A stretch of DNA of 64,000 bases, from assembly GCA_964581565.1 (NCBI GenBank), contig CAZOOZ010000004.1, positions 5,693 through 69,692 of the forward strand, given 5' to 3'. The stretch's first letter is position 1, and every line of letters starts with the position of its first letter. The stretch is from an uncultured Eubacteriaceae bacterium. GTDB taxonomy: Bacteria; Bacillota; Clostridia; Eubacteriales; UBA1433. Positions 20,651 to 29,995 of this stretch are shown here, one piece after another. Both the position numbers and the translations under genes were made by a program. The notes beneath the pieces were generated by a model that was not told where the DNA came from, made no database searches, and was given only the letters and a program-made list of their open reading frames with translations.

Positions 20651-21184
20651 ATGTTTGAACAAGTATTAGTTGCGGGTTTCGGCGGACAAGGCGTATTGCG
20701 TATTGGCCAGATGGTAGCATATGCTGGCTTTGCAGAAGGCAAAGAAGTAACATGGGCTCCGTCTTATGGTCCTGAAATGAGAGGTGGAACGGCTAACTGT
20801 AGCGTAGTTGTTTCCGATAGTGAAATCGGCTCTCCACAAGTATTGGAAGCAAACAGCGTAATCGTTATGAACTTGCCATCACTTCATAAATTCGAAGATA
20901 CGGTAGTTCCTGGTGGAAAATTATTCATCAATAGCTCTATTATAAAAGAAAAATCTAAGAGAGATGACATTGAAGTATATTATGTTGATGCTAATGAAAA
21001 AGCAGCTGAAATAGGAAATGACCGAGGCGGAAACATGGTAATCTTGGGAGCATATGCAAAAGCAACAGGAACGGTTACACTTGATAGCCTTTATGAATTA
21101 GTAAAACAAACATTTACCGGCAGCAAAGCAAAATTCGTAGATTCAAATATTGCTTGTATTAAAGCTGGCTCAGAAATGGTATAA
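20651..21184 (+). CDS. 2-oxoacid:ferredoxin oxidoreductase gamma subunit
   Basis: 177 aa with GFGGQGV and PEMRGGTANCSV blocks. Confidence 0.9.
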   Translation: MFEQVLVAGFGGQGVLRIGQMVAYAGFAEGKEVTWAPSYGPEMRGGTANCSVVVSDSEIGSPQVLEANSVIVMNLPSLHKFEDTVVPGGKLFINSSIIKEKSKRDDIEVYYVDANEKAAEIGNDRGGNMVILGAYAKATGTVTLDSLYELVKQTFTGSKAKFVDSNIACIKAGSEMV

Positions 21185-21201
21185 GTATTTAACGATACAG
21201 T

Positions 21202-21234
21202 AAAAGCACGTTCCTTACAGAACGTGCTTTTTTT
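21202..21234 (+). terminator. intrinsic terminator of the OFOR operon
   Basis: Stem aaaagcacgttc / gaacgtgctttt with a 6-nt loop and a T-run. Confidence 0.8.
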
Positions 21235-21340
21235 AAATATAAAAAATAACAAAACTTTTATAATCTTAAAAAAAGTTTACTTTCATATTTTTTTTTGATA
21301 AAATTAATGCTTAAATTACAATGAATATAGGTGGTACATC

Positions 21341-22618
21341 ATGAGCGAAAGTCATTTTATTTTTTCAGGACATGATACGGTAGAGCTGGCAAAAAAATTC
21401 AAAACTCCATTGTATGTAATGAGTGAAGATATCATACGAGAAAATATTAACACAATAAAAAATGCGTTTGAAGATGCCGGTTTGGAATATGATATTAATT
21501 ATGCAGGCAAAGCATTTTTAAATTTGGCAATGTGTAAAATTGTTAAAGAGGAGAATATAAGTATCGATGTAGTCAGTGGCGGGGAATTATATACCGCAAT
21601 AAAAGCTGGAATTGATCCTAGTCGTATTACGATGCATGGCAGCAATAAAAGTGAAGAAGAAATTATTTTTGCGCTTGAAAATAATGTCGGGCGCATTGTA
21701 ATAGATAGTCTATACGAAGTAGAATTATTAAAAAAATTATGCAGTAGATTAAACAAAGTTCAGAAAGTGCATATTAGGGTAACGCCAAACATCGAGGCCC
21801 ATACACATGAATATGTACAGACAGGCAGAATTGATTCTAAGTTCGGTATTCCAATCAGTATCGCACTGAGAGCGGCAAGGCAAATTTGCAACGGAGACAA
21901 GACTCTAGAACTTGTTGGCCTGCATTGCCACATCGGATCTCAAATATTTGCGAGCAATCCGTTTATTATCGCTGCAAACAATATGCTTGAGTTGATGTAC
22001 AATATTGAAGAACTTGGCATTAATATTCAGGAGCTTAATTTGGGTGGGGGATTTGGTATTAATTATTTAGCTGATGAAGAAATATTTTCTGTAAAAAATT
22101 ATGTTGCGACATTAGACGAGCTATTAAAATCAAAGTGCAAAGAATTAGAAATGCATATTCCTAAAATCATCGTTGAACCGGGAAGGTATATTGTCGGAAC
22201 AGCCGGAATAACATTATATACAGTTGGAACTGTGAAAGAGATACCATACTTAAGAAAATATGTAAGTGTAGATGGCGGAATGTATGAAAATCCGCGGCCA
22301 GCGTTATATCATGCGGTGCACCGGGCCTATGTTGCCAACAGATATAATGAAGAAAAAAATGACTTAGTAACAATCAGTGGAAAATGTTGTGAAACAGATA
22401 CATTGATAAGCGATATCCTGTTGCCGAAATGTCAATCGGGCGATATTTTAGCAGTCATGAACACAGGCGCTTATAACTATTCAATGTCCGGTAATTACAA
22501 CAGATTGCCAAGGCCTGCAGTTGTATTGCTTAAAGGGAATCAAAGTGAGGTTATCGTTGAGCGTGAAAAGATAGAAGATATGATACGAAGTGATAGAATT
22601 CCCTCATGGATAGAGTAG
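21341..22618 (+). CDS. lysA: diaminopimelate decarboxylase
   Basis: 425 aa of the Orn/DAP/Arg decarboxylase fold, with AGKAF (PLP lysine region), GLHCHIGSQ, GGGFGI and EPGR blocks. Confidence 0.93.
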   Translation: MSESHFIFSGHDTVELAKKFKTPLYVMSEDIIRENINTIKNAFEDAGLEYDINYAGKAFLNLAMCKIVKEENISIDVVSGGELYTAIKAGIDPSRITMHGSNKSEEEIIFALENNVGRIVIDSLYEVELLKKLCSRLNKVQKVHIRVTPNIEAHTHEYVQTGRIDSKFGIPISIALRAARQICNGDKTLELVGLHCHIGSQIFASNPFIIAANNMLELMYNIEELGINIQELNLGGGFGINYLADEEIFSVKNYVATLDELLKSKCKELEMHIPKIIVEPGRYIVGTAGITLYTVGTVKEIPYLRKYVSVDGGMYENPRPALYHAVHRAYVANRYNEEKNDLVTISGKCCETDTLISDILLPKCQSGDILAVMNTGAYNYSMSGNYNRLPRPAVVLLKGNQSEVIVEREKIEDMIRSDRIPSWIE

Positions 22619-22646
22619 TTCTACTGACTGTTTAAAGGAGATTATA

Positions 22647-23294
22647 TTGGATAATATATTTAATATACAAAGAATATTATATTCTGTCCCCGCTTTGCTG
22701 ATTGCAATTTCTATGCATGAATATGCACATGCTTATGTGAGCTATAAGTTGGGAGACGATACAGCTAAAAACATGGGGAGGATGAGCGTTAATCCTTTTG
22801 TGCATTTGGATCTTTTTGGAACCATATGTCTGGTTTTATTAGGGTTTGGATGGGCAAAGCCAGTAGGTATTAATCCAGATAAGTTTAAAAACCGGAAAAA
22901 AGGGATGCTATTATCTGCTATTGCAGGACCTGTAATGAACTTATTAATAGCTGTTATTGCGGTATTTATATATTTATTATTAATAAAAATATTTTACTCA
23001 TCCACCTCTGATACATTTAATATTTTTTTAAATATTATTTATTATATTTTTATATATAATGTGTATTTATGTATATTCAATTTGCTTCCTTTGCCACCAT
23101 TGGATGGCTCAAAAGTTCTGGCAGCTTTTCTTCCTGAGAGGTTAGAATATAAATTTTATCAATATGAAAGACAAATGTATTTTATATTATTAATATTAAT
23201 TATTACACAAGTTGTTGTTAAAATCATGAACGTATTGGGAAGTGGCTTGGCAAATATTATTTTTAATGTTATATATAAAATTTTAGGGTTTTAA
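22647..23294 (+). CDS. site-2 protease family (M50) membrane metalloprotease
   Basis: HEYAHA zinc motif plus NLLPLPPLDG. The protein is polytopic, and the TTG start follows an AAAGGAG RBS. Confidence 0.8.
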   Translation: MDNIFNIQRILYSVPALLIAISMHEYAHAYVSYKLGDDTAKNMGRMSVNPFVHLDLFGTICLVLLGFGWAKPVGINPDKFKNRKKGMLLSAIAGPVMNLLIAVIAVFIYLLLIKIFYSSTSDTFNIFLNIIYYIFIYNVYLCIFNLLPLPPLDGSKVLAAFLPERLEYKFYQYERQMYFILLILIITQVVVKIMNVLGSGLANIIFNVIYKILGF

Positions 23295-24025
23295 TGGATA
23301 ATTATAATATTAATACGAAAGCTTTTGAAGGACCTTTAGATTTATTACTGCACTTAATTCAAAAAAATGAAGTAGATATTTCTAATATCCCCATTGTAAG
23401 TATAACGCAGCAATATATGGAGTATATTTACAGTTGGAAAGATATGAATTTAGAAATAGCTACTGAGTTTATACTTATGGCAGCACAACTATTGGAAATT
23501 AAATCCAAAATGTTACTGCCTGTTCAAGAAAATGATTCTGATGAAGAAATTGATCCGAGAGAAGAACTTGCTCAAAAATTATTTGAGTATAAAATTTTTA
23601 AAGAAATTAGTGCATATATAGCACAAGGTCAGGAAGCATATCTACATACTTTTACAAAAGACCCAATGTATTTGCAAACATTAGTCATAGAGCCGGGAAA
23701 TATGGATATTGATATAGATAGCCTGGCAAAAATCATGCGAAGATTTATAGTTGAAAAAAAATTGCTGTCAGATAAATTAACAAATTATGAAAATTTAAAA
23801 CAAGATAAAATAACTATAATAGATAAAATAAAAGAAATCAGAGATGCTCTGATTGATAACAGTATGCTCAGCTTTAATGAGCTTCTAAAAACACAGAAGA
23901 ATATACATCATTGTATTACACTATTTTTAGCAGTGTTGGAATTAACGAAACAAAATGTTGTTACACTGGAGCAGGCCGGTAATTTTGAAGATATTATAAT
24001 CGTTTCTTTAATTGGAGAATATTGA
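23294..24025 (+). CDS. scpA: segregation and condensation protein A
   Basis: FEGPLDLLLHLIQKNEVDI N-terminus typical of ScpA, followed by scpB. Confidence 0.9.
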   Translation: MDNYNINTKAFEGPLDLLLHLIQKNEVDISNIPIVSITQQYMEYIYSWKDMNLEIATEFILMAAQLLEIKSKMLLPVQENDSDEEIDPREELAQKLFEYKIFKEISAYIAQGQEAYLHTFTKDPMYLQTLVIEPGNMDIDIDSLAKIMRRFIVEKKLLSDKLTNYENLKQDKITIIDKIKEIRDALIDNSMLSFNELLKTQKNIHHCITLFLAVLELTKQNVVTLEQAGNFEDIIIVSLIGEY

Positions 24026-24588
24026 TGGATAAAGAACAGTTGAAAAAAATTATTGAAGCAATGTTATTTGCCTATGGAGAACCATTGGAGATTGATGTCA
24101 TATGCGAAATAACAAAAACAGAAAAAGAATTAGTTATCAAAGCCATTGAAGAACTAATACAGGAAGCAGATTATAACATGAGGGGAATTTGTATTGTCAG
24201 TCTTGGCGATAAATATCAAATGACTACCAGGGCGCAGTATTATGACTTCGTGCAATCATTATTTAAAGAATATATATCGACAAAAATATCTCAGGCATCA
24301 CTGGAAACACTCGCTATAATTGCCTATAGACAGCCGGTTACAAGACCGGAAATAGAAGCTATTAGAGGTGTGAATTCTGATTCTTCGGTAAGAAATCTGA
24401 TAGATAGGGGTTTGATAAAAGAAGCTGGCAGAAAAGATGTGATAGGAAAGCCGATTATGTTTGAAACAACTGATCGATTTTTATTGTTTGCTGGCGTTAG
24501 CGAATTGTCAAAATTACCTGATTTTGAAGAATTCAGCATATTAATGGATGAAGAAACACAGCTTAAAGAAAACGAAGAAGGGTTATAG
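24022..24588 (+). CDS. scpB: segregation and condensation protein B
   Basis: IEAMLFAYGEPL..., SQASLETLAIIAYRQPVTRPEIEAIRGV blocks. The start overlaps scpA by 4 nt. Confidence 0.9.
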   Translation: MMDKEQLKKIIEAMLFAYGEPLEIDVICEITKTEKELVIKAIEELIQEADYNMRGICIVSLGDKYQMTTRAQYYDFVQSLFKEYISTKISQASLETLAIIAYRQPVTRPEIEAIRGVNSDSSVRNLIDRGLIKEAGRKDVIGKPIMFETTDRFLLFAGVSELSKLPDFEEFSILMDEETQLKENEEGL

Positions 24589-25280
24589 TGAGAAACATTT
24601 TTAAAATTACAATTAAAAAAACTTTACCTGTATTTTTTGGGTATATTTTTGTCGGCATGGCATTTGGTCTTTTGCTTGATAATGCCGGGTATTCTTGGAT
24701 ATGGTCAATTTTGATCAGCAGTGTTGTTTACTCCGGGTCGCTGCAATTTGTTTTAGTATCTTTTTTGGTAAATCCAGTAAGTGTTTTTTCGGTGCTGATA
24801 ACCTCTGTTGCTGTTAACAGCCGTTATATGTTTTGCGGCATTTCTTTTATAAACCGATTTAAAAACATGGGAAAAAAGAAATGGTATATGATTTTTTCAC
24901 TTACAGATGAAACATATTCATTATTGTTTTCATTAAAGGATGAAAAAAAATTATATGAAAATGACATTTTTCTTTTTTTAATTTCTTTTTTTAATCAAAT
25001 ATACTGGATTATCGGCTCTTTTATCGGAGCCTTTATCGGAGATGTCATACCTTTCAACACTCAAGGAATAGAGTTTGCAATGACAGCATTATTTATAGTC
25101 ATATTACTTGAACAAATCCTATCAACGAAGAGTATTTTACCGGCCGTAATTGGGCTTATGAGCAGCGCCGCCTCGATTTTCTTGTTTAGTATTGAAAATT
25201 TTATACTACCATCTCTTTTCCTCTCATCTTTTCTACTGTTAGCCATAAAACAATATAAGCTTAAAGGAGACAAGCAATAA
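24588..25280 (+). CDS. azlC: AzlC-family branched-chain amino acid exporter subunit
   Basis: 230-aa polytopic protein followed by a small AzlD-like partner. The GTG start overlaps the scpB stop. Confidence 0.75.
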   Translation: MRNIFKITIKKTLPVFFGYIFVGMAFGLLLDNAGYSWIWSILISSVVYSGSLQFVLVSFLVNPVSVFSVLITSVAVNSRYMFCGISFINRFKNMGKKKWYMIFSLTDETYSLLFSLKDEKKLYENDIFLFLISFFNQIYWIIGSFIGAFIGDVIPFNTQGIEFAMTALFIVILLEQILSTKSILPAVIGLMSSAASIFLFSIENFILPSLFLSSFLLLAIKQYKLKGDKQ

Positions 25281-25282
25281 AC

Positions 25283-25618
25283 ATGGATTACATGTATGCA
25301 ATTATTATTATTTCAATCGCGGCGATAGTAACGTTTGTAATACGATGGCTGCCATTTTTGTTGTTTGATAATAAGAAAAAGCAGATACCAAAATCAATTA
25401 CTTATCTGGGAGATATCCTGCCTCAAGCTGTTATGGCGATACTGATTGTCTATAGCTTAAAATTTGTGGACTTTCAAACAATAAGTGGATTTTTACCTGA
25501 ATTGATCTCTGTTGCCGTCGTTATCATTATTCATATTTTAAAGAGAAGCAATTTGCTTAGCATAGGGTTAGGCACAGTTGTTTATATGGTTTTAATTCAA
25601 TTTGTCTTTATACGTTAA
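25283..25618 (+). CDS. azlD: AzlD-family small membrane protein
   Basis: 111 aa with about 4 hydrophobic segments, immediately downstream of azlC. Confidence 0.7.
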   Translation: MDYMYAIIIISIAAIVTFVIRWLPFLLFDNKKKQIPKSITYLGDILPQAVMAILIVYSLKFVDFQTISGFLPELISVAVVIIIHILKRSNLLSIGLGTVVYMVLIQFVFIR

Positions 25619-25639
25619 AAGAATACAACATTTTTATTA

Positions 25640-26020
25640 TTAAAATATATTATCTCTATTTATTTGTTCGTTTTCATGTAAATGTTCTAAAAAATGCAGA
25701 AGTTCTTCGCATTGCGCAGCAGCAAAAGCGCCTTCTCTTTTTTTTAAATATATCTCTGATATTTTGAAGTTCGCGCCTATAGATTCTACGGTTTCATGAT
25801 TTACAACCAATTTTAAATAATGTTCTGTTTCTTCCCATTGTTTTTGCATCTTCTCAAGGCTTTTTTTTGCATCAGTCCAATTTTCTTCTTCAATGTCATG
25901 AATATATTGGCTACCTAATTCATTAAAGTCATCATAACTTTTTTTTATATACTGATTAATAAAAATATTTATTGAGATAATAAAAACGATAAGAAAAACA
26001 GATACAATTAAATTTCTCAT
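25640..26020 (-). CDS. DUF4363-like membrane-anchored protein
   Basis: 126 aa with an N-terminal TM segment then a helical domain. It sits in the usual partner position downstream of a DUF421 gene, a family assignment from memory. Confidence 0.5.
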   Translation of the reverse strand: MRNLIVSVFLIVFIISINIFINQYIKKSYDDFNELGSQYIHDIEEENWTDAKKSLEKMQKQWEETEHYLKLVVNHETVESIGANFKISEIYLKKREGAFAAAQCEELLHFLEHLHENEQINRDNIF

Positions 26021-26718
26021 CAGCTTAGTTCCTCTTTGGCAAATATATATATTTTATAATCAAATTCGTAAGCTAGAATTATTTGGGATATATTATTAAT
26101 TTTGATTCTTCGAAGTTCGCTATTCAATCTTTTTAGTGTAGTATCACCCCGCATGCCTTTTATATCCCGAATAAATTTACCATCTGCAATGATTATATCA
26201 GGCATAGATTTTCTATCGGTAATTACGCTGGGCTTGCCGTTTGTTTCGAGTATGAGATGACGCACATTAGATAATTCCATTTCGCCCGAATTGCGTATAA
26301 GCTCGATAATATCTTCAACGTCAATTCGTAGTTTCTTCATTTGGTTATAATCTATTTTCCCATTTTTGATAAGATAAGATGGTGAACCTATAATGATTTT
26401 TTTAAATTTTTTTGATTTTAACGAGAAAAATGAAATAATACTTTCAATAAAAAATAACAACACTACTGGAATAAAGCCATGCAACAATGGAGTTTCTACA
26501 CTTATGATCGGCTCGCTTGCGACTTGTGCAATCATTAATGTTACAACAAGCTCAAATGGTTGCATATCTCCTATCTGGCGCTTGCCCATTAATCGCAATA
26601 AAATGAATATTAATAAATACATAATTAATAATCTAATAAATATAATTGCCATGATAATATTATGAACGGTTTTAGATGAATAATGCTCAGAAGAATTTAA
26701 ATATTTATATTTCATCAA
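26020..26718 (-). CDS. DUF421 (YetF-like) membrane protein
   Basis: N-terminal TM region with LRLMGKRQIGDMQPFELVVTLMIA, typical of DUF421, plus a soluble C-domain. Confidence 0.7.
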   Translation of the reverse strand: MMKYKYLNSSEHYSSKTVHNIIMAIIFIRLLIMYLLIFILLRLMGKRQIGDMQPFELVVTLMIAQVASEPIISVETPLLHGFIPVVLLFFIESIISFFSLKSKKFKKIIIGSPSYLIKNGKIDYNQMKKLRIDVEDIIELIRNSGEMELSNVRHLILETNGKPSVITDRKSMPDIIIADGKFIRDIKGMRGDTTLKRLNSELRRIKINNISQIILAYEFDYKIYIFAKEELS

Positions 26719-26761
26719 GAATAGTGTAAAATATACTATTAAGTAATATCAGAGGTGTTTT

Positions 26762-26968
26762 ATGAATGATGTTCTTGATAACTTTATTAGTTTAATAATT
26801 AGAATGAATCCAATTTTAATATTTATAATTTTAATTATATGTATTTGGTTGCTCTTTTATATAAAAAACAAAATGGAGGACTTTTTTTCTTATTTTAAAA
26901 CTTTTGTAATAGAATTAAAAAAATTGAATGATAATCTAAATAAGGATGAAAGAAATGATAAATTATAA
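26762..26968 (+). CDS. hypothetical 68-aa single-pass membrane protein
   Basis: One hydrophobic helix (ILIFIILIICIWLLFYI) followed by a charged helical tail. Its 3' end overlaps the next ORF by 23 nt. Confidence 0.4.
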   Translation: MNDVLDNFISLIIRMNPILIFIILIICIWLLFYIKNKMEDFFSYFKTFVIELKKLNDNLNKDERNDKL

Positions 26969-28970
26969 AAAAATTATCATTGAATTAAAGCAAGTAGTAC
27001 GAAGAAACAGTTACAGCAAAGAAAAATTTATAAATTTAAACGTTTTTAAAATATTTTATTTAAAATATTTAATAGATAATCATTTTATTGATTTATCAAA
27101 AAATGAATTAATAGATTTATTTCAAAACTTTTCAATTTCCATGATTTTAAAATATGTACCACATGAAGAAAATTATGAAATAGATGATTATCCTATTGAT
27201 ATTTCTTATTCTGATGCACGACTCATTTCAGATTTGCTGTTGCGGGAGCATTGGTTTGACACTTCATTAGAGAAATTATGCTACATGTATGTAAATTTAC
27301 ATAGCAATGAAGAAAAAAAAGACCAAGACATCGTCTATATTCCAGACTATATTATTAAAACAATGTCTGATTTTGTGAATGTGCAAATAGATAAAGACAT
27401 GAAATTTTTAGATCCAAATTGCAGCAATGGATTTTTTATAAGAATGTATGATATGTTCTATGAGAATTTAAATTTGGATATGGGATCTTATGAAAAACAT
27501 AAATTGATTTTAGATCATCATCTTTATGCTTGCGACAAAGATGATATATCGGTGATATGTACGAAACTTATCTTGAGTTTAAAAAATGAAAAAATATACT
27601 TTAGCAAAAATATTATACATAGTGATCTTCTGCTTCAAGACGTATATCCAAACAACATTTTTGATTTAATATTAACTTATATGCCCGAAAACACAGCAAA
27701 ACGATATGATAAAAAAAATAATGATATTCTTTTTGAAAAGTATGATGAAGTATTTTTGAATAAAAATGATATTGTGAATTGTTTTTTCCAGGTATTTAAA
27801 AAATTGCTTAAAAAAGACGGTAATTTGTGTTGCATAATAAGCAGAGATTTCTTAGACTCCAATCGTTTTTATTCATTAAGAGAAAATTTATTAACTAATT
27901 ATAAAATGAATCACATAGTTGATTTTTCTGGTATTAAAATTATAAAAAATGCAATTATGAAATCTGCTATAATTTCTTTAGAAAATAGTAATTGCGGTAA
28001 AGAGAATAATATCTTAATAAGACGAGCAATAACAAATAGATGTGAAAAAATATCGACAGTCAATTTATTCCGGGCCCTTACTGAACAAAAAGAAAAAGAT
28101 TATTTTGAAAAATTTTATTATTCAAAAAAGAACCTGAAAGCAAAGACATTTTTCTTTATAGACGAACAAAGTAATAAAATAATAGAAAAAATTGAAAGCA
28201 GGAGTTTGGTTCAATTAAAAGATATCTTAAATGTGCACCAAGGTATTATAACGGGCTACGATCAAGCTTTTATTTTTAGAAAAGACGATGATAGACTCAA
28301 AGATTTTAATAAACAATTTATTAAGCCTTGGATTAAAAGCAGTGATGTAAATAGCTATTACATAAAACCAAATGGTTTTGTCTTATTGTATTCAAATGAT
28401 TTAGAAGCTACCAAAGATAGTAACGAAATCAAATATTTAAGGCAGTATCAAAATAAGCTCTCACAACGGCGTGAATGCATAAATGGAAAATTACCATGGT
28501 ATTATTTACAATGGGGAAGGAATAAAGAAATTTTCCAAATCCCTAAAATAGTCTATCCATGCAAAGCAGGAAAAAATCGTTTCGCATATGATAGCAAAAG
28601 CAATTTTTTTAGTGCCGATGTGTATGCACTTACATTAAAAAGTTATGCATATAATATTAGTTACGAATATTTGTGCATATTGCTCAATAGCACATTATAT
28701 GATTTTTATTATAAAACGTTGGCTAAAAAATTAAGCAAAAAGAGATATGAATATTCTGCTGAGAATATATTAAAGTTAAAAATACCACTACTCGACATCA
28801 ATAACGAGAACATTAAAAAAGCGTATAGACAAATTAGCCATAGTGTAAATACGGATAGTTATTTAAGTAATTTAAATGAACTAAATAGTTTTGTATACAG
28901 GTTATTTAATTTAACGGACGAAGAAATATTATATGTAAAAAATAAAGGAGCGAAAACATGCACGAAGTAA
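26946..28970 (+). CDS. gamma-class N6-adenine DNA methyltransferase homologue (Eco57I-type core + TaqI_C-like specificity domain) with degenerate catalytic motifs
   Basis: 674 aa. HsdM-N-like helical N-terminus and motif X-like VYIPDYI. Motif I reads FLDPNCSNGFF and the motif IV position reads LILTYMPEN instead of (N/D)PP(Y/F). The C-terminal region has LPWYYLQWGR...IVYPC...FFSADVYAL typical of TaqI_C. Confidence 0.7.
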   Translation: MKEMINYKKIIIELKQVVRRNSYSKEKFINLNVFKIFYLKYLIDNHFIDLSKNELIDLFQNFSISMILKYVPHEENYEIDDYPIDISYSDARLISDLLLREHWFDTSLEKLCYMYVNLHSNEEKKDQDIVYIPDYIIKTMSDFVNVQIDKDMKFLDPNCSNGFFIRMYDMFYENLNLDMGSYEKHKLILDHHLYACDKDDISVICTKLILSLKNEKIYFSKNIIHSDLLLQDVYPNNIFDLILTYMPENTAKRYDKKNNDILFEKYDEVFLNKNDIVNCFFQVFKKLLKKDGNLCCIISRDFLDSNRFYSLRENLLTNYKMNHIVDFSGIKIIKNAIMKSAIISLENSNCGKENNILIRRAITNRCEKISTVNLFRALTEQKEKDYFEKFYYSKKNLKAKTFFFIDEQSNKIIEKIESRSLVQLKDILNVHQGIITGYDQAFIFRKDDDRLKDFNKQFIKPWIKSSDVNSYYIKPNGFVLLYSNDLEATKDSNEIKYLRQYQNKLSQRRECINGKLPWYYLQWGRNKEIFQIPKIVYPCKAGKNRFAYDSKSNFFSADVYALTLKSYAYNISYEYLCILLNSTLYDFYYKTLAKKLSKKRYEYSAENILKLKIPLLDINNENIKKAYRQISHSVNTDSYLSNLNELNSFVYRLFNLTDEEILYVKNKGAKTCTK

Positions 28971-29995
28971 TTGATCTAAGAAGTGATACTGTAACAAAGC
29001 CTACAAATGAAATGAGAGCCATCATTGCAAACGCAAAAGTTGGAGATGATGTTTATAAAGATGACGAATCAGTCAATGAATTGGAAAGTTATGCAGCTCG
29101 GATCATGAATAAAGAAAAAGCGCTGTTTGTTCCAAGCGGTACCATGGGTAACCAAATATGTGTTAAAACACACACAAATCCGGCAGAGGAAATAATATTA
29201 CATTCTAAATCACATATTTTTGTATACGAGGCTGGTGCAGTCGCATTGATATCAAACGTATTGACAAAAACAGTCGATGGACCAAACGGTGTTATGGATA
29301 TCAATAAAGTAAAAGAAAACATCCAGCAGGGCGACTTACATCATGCAAAAACAACATTGATTTGCATAGAGAATACACATAATGTTGCCGGAGGAATGGT
29401 GCTTGGGCTTGATTATATGGATAAGATCTATAAGACAGCCAAAGAAAACAGTATTAAAGTGCATTTGGACGGAGCGCGTATTTTTAATGCCGCGGCGGCG
29501 TTAAACGTAGATGTGAAAGAAATCGCAAAATATTCTGACAGCATTATGTTCTGCCTTTCGAAAGGTTTGGGCGCTCCGGTAGGAAGTATTATTTGCGCAA
29601 ATGAAGAATTTATTAATAAAGCAATGAAAATTCGTAAAATGTTGGGTGGAGCCATGCGTCAGGCAGGAATACTGGCATCTGCGGGATTGCACGCATTAAA
29701 GACAATGCCGCCGATGCTTTATGAAGACCATGAAAAAGCCCTTTTATTTGCAGATGCATTATACAGCCATAAAAACATAAATATAGATAGAAAAACAGTG
29801 CAGACTAATATGGTCAATATTACTTTGAAAAATACAGAATTAAACGGATATGATGTAAGCAAAATATTACAAGCAAAAAATATTTTGGTAAATGGTGAGC
29901 AGGCAAGCAATAGGCTGCGTTTTGTATTTCATAGAGATGTAGATGAAGATGATATAAGAAAAACAATAAAAGTATTAAATGAAGAGTTAAATTAG
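28958..29995 (+). CDS. ltaE: low-specificity L-threonine aldolase
   Basis: IDLRSDTVTKPT N-terminus, GTMGNQ, and a PLP-lysine block CLSKGLGAPVGS. Its RBS AAAGGAG lies inside the preceding ORF. Confidence 0.88.
   Translation: MHEVIDLRSDTVTKPTNEMRAIIANAKVGDDVYKDDESVNELESYAARIMNKEKALFVPSGTMGNQICVKTHTNPAEEIILHSKSHIFVYEAGAVALISNVLTKTVDGPNGVMDINKVKENIQQGDLHHAKTTLICIENTHNVAGGMVLGLDYMDKIYKTAKENSIKVHLDGARIFNAAAALNVDVKEIAKYSDSIMFCLSKGLGAPVGSIICANEEFINKAMKIRKMLGGAMRQAGILASAGLHALKTMPPMLYEDHEKALLFADALYSHKNINIDRKTVQTNMVNITLKNTELNGYDVSKILQAKNILVNGEQASNRLRFVFHRDVDEDDIRKTIKVLNEELN

Noticed and set aside
21185-21340. Lysine (L-box) riboswitch upstream of lysA
   Set aside because: After the OFOR terminator only about 100 nt of very AT-rich sequence remain. 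That is too short, and it lacks the GC-containing conserved helices of an L-box.
26946-28970. Active restriction-modification, type IIG or BREX-like defence gene
   Set aside because: There is no nuclease domain or partner, and no other defence-type genes nearby. The catalytic methyltransferase motifs are degenerate, and the gene is translationally coupled to housekeeping genes. I therefore report it as a pseudo-enzyme candidate instead.
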